A model generated the notes under the pieces. It did not search any database, was not told where the DNA came from, and worked only from the letters and a program-made list of their open reading frames with translations. Shown here in pieces: positions 7,739 to 15,450 of a DNA stretch of 64,000 bases (its first letter is position 1; the number at the start of each line of letters is the position of its first letter). The stretch spans positions 89 through 64,088 of the forward strand of contig JAZDMG010000042.1 in NCBI GenBank assembly GCA_043801165.1, read 5' to 3'. The position numbers and the translations under genes were made by a program. The stretch is from an archaeon. Lineage in GTDB: Archaea > Nanobdellota > Nanobdellia > Woesearchaeales > SM23-78.

Positions 7739-8500
7739 ATGGATCTTTTCCAAGCGATAATACTAGGGATCGTTCAGGGAATAACAGAATGGCTTCCCAT
7801 ATCCAGCTCAGGCCATCTTGTGCTCTTCCAGGAGCTGTTCGGCTTTGGAGCCAACGTAGCCTTTGACGTGATGCTTCATGTCGCCACCCTTCTTGTCATT
7901 CTCATTGTCTTCTGGAAGGACATCTTGGCTATAATCAAGTCATTGTTTGCCTGGCGCTGGGATGAGCACACCAGGATGCTGCTGTTCATAGTCCTGGCCA
8001 CGATTCCGACAGCCCTGATAGGGCTGCTGTTCAAGGACTGGCTGCTAGGATTGTTCACAAATATGCTGTTATTAGGCGTTTTTTTCATCATTAATGGCAT
8101 CATCCTGCTCATGACTAGGTTTGCCAAGGAAGGCAAGGAATTGGGCTGGAAACACTCGATAATGATGGGGTTTGCCCAGGGATTGTCGATAATCCCTAGT
8201 TTGTCAAGGAGTGGCCTGACGATCTCGACAGGTATGTTCTTTGGAGTCAAGAAAGAGAACCTTGTGAAGCTGTCATTCCTCATGGCAGTGCCTGCCATCC
8301 TGGGGGCAGCGATACTTGAACTGAACCAGCTAGTCATGACTGATCTTATGCCGATGATTGCCGGAACAGTTGTTTCGCTCGTTGTTGGCTACATATCTTT
8401 ACGCTGGCTTATAAAGCTGGTAGAGAATAGCAAGTTCCATGAGTTCGGGTATTACTGCATAGCGATAGGACTTATCATATTAGCTGTTGTGATATTCTAG
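7739..8500 (+). CDS. uppP: Undecaprenyl-diphosphate phosphatase (BacA family)
   Basis: LGIVQGITEWLPISSSGH and Q.L.IIP..SRSG.TI motifs; polytopic. The ATG at 7739 lies in R2 copy c. Confidence 0.93.
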   Translation: MDLFQAIILGIVQGITEWLPISSSGHLVLFQELFGFGANVAFDVMLHVATLLVILIVFWKDILAIIKSLFAWRWDEHTRMLLFIVLATIPTALIGLLFKDWLLGLFTNMLLLGVFFIINGIILLMTRFAKEGKELGWKHSIMMGFAQGLSIIPSLSRSGLTISTGMFFGVKKENLVKLSFLMAVPAILGAAILELNQLVMTDLMPMIAGTVVSLVVGYISLRWLIKLVENSKFHEFGYYCIAIGLIILAVVIF

Positions 8501-8594
8501 AGAATTTAATCAAGCGCGCCTGCATCAAGCAGCAATCAGAATATGGCGCGGTTTATGTGAAGTTTAAAAATAAAAATAATAAAAATTTTTGAGT

Positions 8595-11549
8595 TTACCT
8601 TCTCAGCAGCAATGAAGCAATGAAGACTCCCGCCAATGCCAGCAGGAACATTCCTGTCATCATGGTGCCTGTTGAGGCTCCGTTGACAACAGCTCCTGTT
8701 ATGCTATTGGTCTTGTCAAGCACAGAGGTGACAGGGTCTGTTATATCCTCATCCGCATTCTCTGCTTTCAGCTGGATGTTGCCAGTCACTACACTGCCTT
8801 GAGTCTGTTCGACAGGATCAGATTCCTCACTCTCTGAGGGATGTGTCTCTGTCACAACAGGAGCCGGCATGACTTTGCAGCTTTGGGTCTCTGTCTTGCT
8901 TGCGCCGTTAAGGGTGCATGTCCTTGTCTGCTTCTCAGCAGCACAAACACTCCAATTTCCGCATTGCCAATTGGTGGTGGTTGTTATTGATGATCTCCCG
9001 CCGCCACCGCCTCCGCCTGAAGACGACTTATGAACAATTGGAGTGTATTGGCAGGTGCAATCCTCAAGGCATGTGTCTATCGTGTTAGGATCCTTGTCGT
9101 AGCATTCATCGTCAGAGAGGCATTGTGCACCGCACCTTTCCTTGTCACATGTGTGAGTTATTGTCTCATTTCCTGTGGTGCATCTGTCGTTATCCTCATC
9201 GCAGACCGAGACGAACTGATGCCTGAAATCCCATGTGAAATGGAAATTATCAGGGCTGTTGAAGCAGGTCTCGATTAATGATATGTTGAAACCGTTGCAG
9301 ATCTTTCCTGTTCCGCCGCACTGCCCTTCAGTGCAGACATCGTTGTCTGAGCACCAGAGACCGTCATCACAGCTTGTCCCGTTAGCCTTGTACTTTGTGT
9401 TGCCTGTGTCGATCCACTGAGTCCCGATGGTTGTGTAGGTGCAGTTGACTATCGCTCCTGCTGTGCAGGCGTAGTCCCTCTGCTCCTGTTCCTTCTGCTC
9501 TTTCTCATTGCAGACGGTGGTGTTTGACCATCTCTTGTTTCCTGTGTCATACCATCCGTCGAGCGAGTCACAGTTTAATGTGCTTCCGCCGCTGCAGGAG
9601 CAGCTTGTTGTCAGGTCGCATGTGCTGCCGAAGTGCTTGATGTTCCCGTCGCAGTAGTCTGCGCAGTCACTGTTGCCTGAGCATGTCGCTCCGCACCAGT
9701 CCTTTGTGCACGAGTAGATGAAGTTGTCAGGTGTGCATCCGCAGCTCGCGTCGCAGTTGCCGTAGGTGTCTCTTAATCCTCGCTTTGCGCCTATGCAGTT
9801 GGTGGTTGTCTGCTCGCAGTTCCCGTTGTTGTTGGTGTTCGGAAGCTCGCAGGTTTCTGTTCCTGAGATTAATCCGTCTCCGCAATAATCATTGCTGTCA
9901 TGCTTGCATGTGCAGTTGGCAAGGCAGATGTCAGTTGTATAGGCAATCTGATCGTCACAGTCAGCGTCGCTCTCGCAGTCTGCAGTGCAGTGATCTTTGC
10001 TGCATTGGTGTGATATGCTCTGATTTCCGTTGCTGCATGAATCATTCGCTTCTATGCAGGTGCTTGTGAAAGCAGACCTGAAATCCCATGTGTAATGGAT
10101 GTTGTCAGGGTTGTTGTCGCATGTCTCGATCTTGATTATATTCAATCCGGCACAGCTCACAGCATCTCCGCCGATGCACTGGCCTACGTCGTTGCAGACC
10201 TCGTTTCCGTTGCAGTAAAGGCCGTCTGAGCAGCTTGTGTTGTAAGGAGCGTATATATTGCCAGGGCATGCTGCTGCGCTGCCTGTGCAATACTCTCCAG
10301 GGTCGCATACTCCGTTGGCTGATCTGCACTCGAATGTGCTTGGCTTGAATCCGTTTGTCGGGCAGTCATTAGCTGTCCCTGTGCAGTATTCTTTTACATC
10401 GCATACTCCTGCGCTGTTCCTGCATATGTATGTGTCAGGTCTCTTGCCGTCAGCTGGGCATTCAGGGTTTGTTCCTGTGCAGTATTCTGGAACGTCGCAT
10501 GTTCCTGCGCCTGCTCTGCAAAGAGCAGTTCCAGGAGCGTACTCTTCGGTGCATACTCCTGATTGGCAGACATCGTTTGCTTCGCATGTCCCTGCTTCTG
10601 TCGCGCAGATTGTCCCGTCTGCCTTGTTCCTTGTGCTTCCGCTGTCAACCCATCTTGTTGAGGTGACAGTGTATGAGCAGCTCAATAGGCTGGCTGAGCA
10701 GGTGTAGTCTCTCTCCTCCTGTTCCTTCTGCTGCTTCTCCTTGCACAATCCGTCATCGATCCATCTGCTGTTGCCGTTATCGTACCAGCCGTCCTTTGAG
10801 TCGCAGTCCTCGACAACGGTCTCATCTGTCCAGCTGACATGGTCTTTGCATGTGGCCTGGCAGTAGAAGTCATGGAGCTGCCTGTGCTTCTTCAAGAAGC
10901 TTCCTTCGCAGAAGTTCACATAGCCATTGTAAGAATCAATGTGCCTGTTGCTGTAATCATAGATGCACGGAGAGCCTGTTCCCTCGTTGCAGGAATAATC
11001 CCTGTCCTCACATCCAGTGCTGTAGGCGTAGCAGCCGTCGTTATCGTTGCAGTGCTCTGCTTCTGAAGTTATTGACAAGACACAGGTATTGCCGTTCCAG
11101 GTGTAATGCCATACTTGCCTCACTTCGCTGTCTGAGCACATCCATGCATCAGGAGGGCAGTTGTAGATCTTTAATTTAGAGGTCTCTGTGTCTGAGTCGC
11201 AGCAGCAAGGGTCGCAGCTGGTCTCTGTGGCTGTGCACTTCACATCGAACTCCTTTGCGGAATTGAGGGCTATGGTGCCGTAATCAGCAGGCCCGACTGA
11301 TACAGGGACGTCGAATACGCTGGCAGCATTTGTCCCTGAGGCGAGGACCTTGTTGACTCCATTGCCGATCAGCTCTACCTTGTAGTTGGCTGGCCCGAGC
11401 ATAGGGTCAACTGTACACGTAAAACTTGCAGTATTCCCTGACTTTATTGTCTGGTCTCCTGACATGAAGACGAAGATAGCTGCCACCAGGCTTGCTGAAA
11501 GCAGCAAGACTGTCATTATAACCAAAACGCTCTTGTTAATTTTCATCAT
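8595..11549 (-). CDS. Cys-rich repeat surface protein (signal peptide, disintegrin-like repeats, duplicated modules, poly-Gly linker, C-terminal TM anchor)
   Basis: MMKINKSVLVIMTVLLLSASLVAA signal; CRxxxGxCDxxEYCTG repeats; two DGWYD and two TWDFR modules; G7 linker, WQCGNWSVC..QTRTC, TM helix then RR. Confidence 0.85.
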   Translation of the reverse strand: MMKINKSVLVIMTVLLLSASLVAAIFVFMSGDQTIKSGNTASFTCTVDPMLGPANYKVELIGNGVNKVLASGTNAASVFDVPVSVGPADYGTIALNSAKEFDVKCTATETSCDPCCCDSDTETSKLKIYNCPPDAWMCSDSEVRQVWHYTWNGNTCVLSITSEAEHCNDNDGCYAYSTGCEDRDYSCNEGTGSPCIYDYSNRHIDSYNGYVNFCEGSFLKKHRQLHDFYCQATCKDHVSWTDETVVEDCDSKDGWYDNGNSRWIDDGLCKEKQQKEQEERDYTCSASLLSCSYTVTSTRWVDSGSTRNKADGTICATEAGTCEANDVCQSGVCTEEYAPGTALCRAGAGTCDVPEYCTGTNPECPADGKRPDTYICRNSAGVCDVKEYCTGTANDCPTNGFKPSTFECRSANGVCDPGEYCTGSAAACPGNIYAPYNTSCSDGLYCNGNEVCNDVGQCIGGDAVSCAGLNIIKIETCDNNPDNIHYTWDFRSAFTSTCIEANDSCSNGNQSISHQCSKDHCTADCESDADCDDQIAYTTDICLANCTCKHDSNDYCGDGLISGTETCELPNTNNNGNCEQTTTNCIGAKRGLRDTYGNCDASCGCTPDNFIYSCTKDWCGATCSGNSDCADYCDGNIKHFGSTCDLTTSCSCSGGSTLNCDSLDGWYDTGNKRWSNTTVCNEKEQKEQEQRDYACTAGAIVNCTYTTIGTQWIDTGNTKYKANGTSCDDGLWCSDNDVCTEGQCGGTGKICNGFNISLIETCFNSPDNFHFTWDFRHQFVSVCDEDNDRCTTGNETITHTCDKERCGAQCLSDDECYDKDPNTIDTCLEDCTCQYTPIVHKSSSGGGGGGGRSSITTTTNWQCGNWSVCAAEKQTRTCTLNGASKTETQSCKVMPAPVVTETHPSESEESDPVEQTQGSVVTGNIQLKAENADEDITDPVTSVLDKTNSITGAVVNGASTGTMMTGMFLLALAGVFIASLLLRR
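9001..9017. repeat. 17-bp poly-Gly linker string shared by three surface-protein genes, copy 1
   Basis: ccgccaccgcctccgcc; identical at 16253-16269 and 23695-23711. Confidence 0.85.
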
Positions 11550-11575
11550 TTTTCTTTCCCCCTTGCACCCTTTTA

Positions 11576-12892
11576 TCAAAACCTGACACCAATCAGTCCG
11601 TATTTGGTTGTCCTGTTGCCGTCAAGCTTGACCACTGTCCCTGCGTATTCGAAGGACCTGTTCTGTCCAATCCTGACTCCGGCTCCGAACACCAGCTCTA
11701 TGTCTCCGCCTTTGAGCGGGACCATGAACATGGCCTGGTATCTTTGTATGAGCCCGTTGAGGCTCTTGTTGCCGATGCATTCATACGGATCCTTAATGTC
11801 AGCTCCTGTCAGCTTGTCCCTTGCGGTCTGTATGAGCTTGTGCTCGATGCCCATCCATTCGTAGCCGAACAATGCTCCAAGCCCAAACCTGGTCTTGCCT
11901 TCTCTGCCAGCGACCAAGTTGAATCCGCCTCCAAGCGCATGGGCAGTTGCTGTGCTCTCAAGGTCAGTCCTTCCTATGATTGTCTGTCCCTTGACATTGA
12001 ACTCATCATATTGTAAGTTGTTGCTTGCCATCTCTGGGAATGTCATCTCTCCGAACACTCCAAAGTAAGCCCTCAGCTTCTCGCCGAGCTTGAAGTTGAT
12101 AGGCATGAGGTCCAATCCTGCTCTCTTTCCGTCAGAGTAGACGTCCAGTAATGCGCCGCCTCTCCTCTTGATGACTTCCTTCTCGACAATCTTGTCAACA
12201 AGCACCTTCTTTTCAACTTCTCTATCAACAATCTTTTCCTTGATTACTGGATCGCAGCATTTCTCTGTGTAGACAAATGTCGGTACGCTTGCCAGCAATT
12301 TCCTGCCGTCTTCGATGGCTGGGAATGCTACGTAAAGGGTTCCATCCTTCAGGCCGTAGTTCTTGATGTTTTCGATGAATGCTGGGAACGCATGCTCTCC
12401 GCTTCCTGCTATCTGTAGCGGGTTGTGGAGCGGCTCCCCTGGCTTTCCAGTCTTATAATTGAATTCGCTTATCACCATGTCAAGAGGAAGCTGTAATCCT
12501 CCTTTCTTTATGTGGATTATCGGGCTTCCATTGTTGTCTGCCACTCCGAATGATCCTCCGCAAGGAACTATCCTTGGAGGGCTCTTCAGGTTGGCGCCCT
12601 GCATTTCCTTGACTATTGTGACAAGGTTATGATTAGAATCGTAGGTTGATATGCTGAAAGGCGGTATTGTCGCCGTATTGTCTCCCTGCGGGCTTGATAT
12701 TCCTGGCTTGTTCTGCTGTGCGTCAGGAGTTCCGGCATACCCTAATGCTGGCAGGCCAAGTCCGGCCAACCACAATGCGAATGCTGCTGCTCCGAGCCCC
12801 CATCTCTGGTTCATGCTCAATGGACTGGTTCTTTTTAGAATTGCGTTTGCCATGACGGCATTTGTGATCTCATCTGTGTTCACGACTTCCAT
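11576..12892 (-). CDS. Secreted hypothetical protein with an amphipathic beta-strand C-terminal domain
   Basis: 438 aa; hydrophobic signal-like segment at about residues 31-53; C-terminal alternating strands ending YGLIGVRF. Confidence 0.75.
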   Translation of the reverse strand: MEVVNTDEITNAVMANAILKRTSPLSMNQRWGLGAAAFALWLAGLGLPALGYAGTPDAQQNKPGISSPQGDNTATIPPFSISTYDSNHNLVTIVKEMQGANLKSPPRIVPCGGSFGVADNNGSPIIHIKKGGLQLPLDMVISEFNYKTGKPGEPLHNPLQIAGSGEHAFPAFIENIKNYGLKDGTLYVAFPAIEDGRKLLASVPTFVYTEKCCDPVIKEKIVDREVEKKVLVDKIVEKEVIKRRGGALLDVYSDGKRAGLDLMPINFKLGEKLRAYFGVFGEMTFPEMASNNLQYDEFNVKGQTIIGRTDLESTATAHALGGGFNLVAGREGKTRFGLGALFGYEWMGIEHKLIQTARDKLTGADIKDPYECIGNKSLNGLIQRYQAMFMVPLKGGDIELVFGAGVRIGQNRSFEYAGTVVKLDGNRTTKYGLIGVRF

Positions 12893-13365
12893 AATAGATC
12901 CCCCCGAATCGTTTGTTGGTAATTAGCTCTAGGCTATATAATTTACTCTTTATTTCCTACGGAGAATCCTCACAGGATTTATAAAGCTTTTGCTTTTGTT
13001 CTCTTTGTCCAGTGATAACTAATTTATCCAGTAACCCGCTAGTGACTGATATCCTGCAGTGTTTTGTTATAGAAGATACTGTTGTAGCCTTAACTGATTC
13101 CGTTGATCCAAAACAGTACATTAATAAGATGAGGCAAATAGATGGGCAATTAGCCCAAGGGTGGGTACAAATTGTACATACCCTTATGATGAAAGAGAAT
13201 ATTCTGACCTGTTTATAGAAAAAATCATTGCTAAACGAACCGAAAAAATTCCGTTTTTTCTTGCGGTGAGTTTATTAAGCACTTCTGATGCTAGGGATCA
13301 GTCAATGATGCGGCCTGCAGCGAATCATGACTGCCAAGAACCGATGCAATTGTAAGAACCGAAAT

Positions 13366-13397
13366 ATTTAAATAGTAAGGTAAACTAACTTACCTTA
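13366..13397 (+). promoter_or_regulatory. TATA box and palindromic operator
   Basis: atttaaata, then taaggtaa-actaac-ttacctta (13376-13397) running into the ATG. Confidence 0.7.
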
Positions 13398-13987
13398 TGG
13401 TAAGTTTTTATACCTACTTGGGATTATACCTGAATGACCTAAGAAAGAAAGTCAGCTTAAGCGAATTTGAAAAGCACTTCAAAACACCGCACCAAACCAT
13501 AAAAAAACACTTGGCTGTCCTTGTCAGTTCAAGAATACTGCTGGAAGAAAAAAAAGCGCGGTTCAGGTTTTATAGCCTAAACCTGAAAAACCCTCTGCTC
13601 GTTGAGTACCTGTCCATTTGCGAAAAAGAGAGGCTATTTGCGCTCCTTGAAAAAAGCACACTGATTAACAGGCTATACCAGCTGGCATCAGGCAGCCTGA
13701 AAAACGCGCTGATATTCGGCTCAGCAACAACAAGTAAAGATTACGATGATATTGATTTGCTCGCATTAACGAAAGATGGCCGGCTAAAAGCAGAGCTAAA
13801 GCAGTTCGAGAATACCTATGGTAAAAAGGTGCACTTGATACAGACAGGTGAAAAAGATCTCACTCCTGCTTTCCTTGAGGAGATAAAGCAAAAGCACATA
13901 ATCCTGAATAACCACGACTACATAATTAGGGTGATCTACAAAAATGAGCTTGGACTGGTGCAGGAAACAAGGTATGAAGCTGATTGA
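13397..13987 (+). CDS. ArsR-like HTH plus MNT nucleotidyltransferase
   Basis: HTH PHQTIKKHLAVLVSSRIL; NTase motif LIFGSATTSKDYDDIDLLAL. Confidence 0.8.
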   Translation: MVSFYTYLGLYLNDLRKKVSLSEFEKHFKTPHQTIKKHLAVLVSSRILLEEKKARFRFYSLNLKNPLLVEYLSICEKERLFALLEKSTLINRLYQLASGSLKNALIFGSATTSKDYDDIDLLALTKDGRLKAELKQFENTYGKKVHLIQTGEKDLTPAFLEEIKQKHIILNNHDYIIRVIYKNELGLVQETRYEAD

Positions 13988-14093
13988 GCCAAACGATAAT
14001 CTGGCAGAAGAATATTTCCAAAACGCCGAAGCTACATTAAGAGTCACAAGCCTCATAAAGGATTCTGGCTCCAACATCGCAACATTCGCCTAA
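13944..14093 (+). pseudogene. Truncated HEPN gene (49 codons)
   Basis: MSLDWCRKQGMKLIEPNDNLAEEYFQNAEATL overlaps the MNT stop and resembles a HEPN N-terminus; it ends at TAA 14091-14093, close to the next promoter. Confidence 0.65.
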
Positions 14094-14149
14094 TGCATAA
14101 CCATATAAACGAAAAGTTTATATATCTGTTAAGATGGATAACCAGGTTT

Positions 14150-14770
14150 ATGATGGTTGATGATGACTTGCTAAGGCGCCTGGAAGGCCTGCACACGATA
14201 GAGACCTTAGCCAAAGCCCTGGGGATGGGCAGGCAGAGCGCCATAAACTTTGCCAGCAGGCTAAGAAAGCAGGGATACCTGTCAAGCAGCGGGGGAGGAA
14301 AACAGCCAAGGTTCTATAAAATAACTGCCCGGAAGCAGAGAGAAAGAGTCCCTGGCATGTTTGACATACTGAACAAGCATTCTCCCCAGAAGCTCAGCCC
14401 CTGGTATGACCACCAGGTGCATGGGCGCTACGGAGTAGAGGAAGCATTGGTAGACGCTGTCAAGACAGGCAGTTTTCGGGCAATACTTGCAAGCCTGAGC
14501 CTATTCAACCACGTAAAGGATTGGCCCAGGCTTCACAGGCTCGCGGATGATAATGGCTGCTGGCAGAAGGTCGGCGCTTTGTACGATGCCGCAAGAATGC
14601 ACCTGCGAGTCAAGAGAATGCCGGAAAGATATCGGAACATATCAGGAAAAGAATATGAATGGGTTAAGCTTACATCGCTAGAAAACAGAGATAATTTTTC
14701 TGACGTGCAGCAGAAATGGCATGTCTACATACCTTTCAATGAAAAAGATTTGAAGTCGTGGAATGAATGA
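14150..14770 (+). CDS. Winged-helix antitoxin-like regulator
   Basis: TIETLAKALGMGRQSAINFASRLRKQG HTH; TATA aagtttatata about 30 bp upstream of ATG 14150; ATGA overlap with an NTase gene. Confidence 0.65.
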   Translation: MMVDDDLLRRLEGLHTIETLAKALGMGRQSAINFASRLRKQGYLSSSGGGKQPRFYKITARKQRERVPGMFDILNKHSPQKLSPWYDHQVHGRYGVEEALVDAVKTGSFRAILASLSLFNHVKDWPRLHRLADDNGCWQKVGALYDAARMHLRVKRMPERYRNISGKEYEWVKLTSLENRDNFSDVQQKWHVYIPFNEKDLKSWNE

Positions 14771-15417
14771 TAACTCACAATGATCAGAAACGCCTTTTCG
14801 AGCTCATAGCTGATAAGCTAACAATAGATATTGAGTGCTTTGCTTTCGGCGGAACAGCCATGATGTTCTACGGATACAAGGAAGAGACAAAAGACATAGA
14901 CCTATTGTTCGAGAAAGAGGAAGACCGAAAAGAGTTCATACGCGCCATCGAAGTTCTAGGCTTTGAAAAAAGCGACCCAATTAAAATATACATACCTGAG
15001 AAGCTCCGGGATCCGCACAGGCCAATGATGTTTAAAAGAGGAGATGTCAGGCTTGACCTGTTTGTGCATAAGATATTCCGCACACAAATAAGCCCAGTAA
15101 TGAAGGAAGACCTTTATGCTCTGTCAGAATTTAGAGAAAAAAATACTCTGAAGATAAAAGTTCTGAGGACTGAGCACATAGTATTGCTAAAAGCCATAAC
15201 TGAACGGGATAAGGACTTGGAGGACATAATAACCATTATTAAAAAAGAAAAAAACTTTAACTGGGAATACCTGATAAACGAAGCGGCCTGGCAGCACTCG
15301 CACGGTGACAGCTGGGCGCTTCATGACCTGGAAAAGACGATGCAGGAATTAAAGAAGTATTTCTTCATCGAGGAAAAGCATTTCAAGAGGCTATACGCTG
15401 CGTTGAAAAATAAGTGA
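14767..15417 (+). CDS. Nucleotidyltransferase (DUF6036/AbiEii-like)
   Basis: AFGGTAMMFYGYKEETKDIDLL and LLKAITERDKDLEDI motifs. Confidence 0.75.
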   Translation: MITHNDQKRLFELIADKLTIDIECFAFGGTAMMFYGYKEETKDIDLLFEKEEDRKEFIRAIEVLGFEKSDPIKIYIPEKLRDPHRPMMFKRGDVRLDLFVHKIFRTQISPVMKEDLYALSEFREKNTLKIKVLRTEHIVLLKAITERDKDLEDIITIIKKEKNFNWEYLINEAAWQHSHGDSWALHDLEKTMQELKKYFFIEEKHFKRLYAALKNK

Positions 15418-15450
15418 TTCTAAAAAATTGATAAAAAAAATAAAATAATT

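Noticed and set aside
12960-13355. ORFs 13012-13218 and 13161-13355
   Set aside because: Short and overlapping, with no recognisable motif or RBS. May be decayed foreign DNA, but I cannot support a call.
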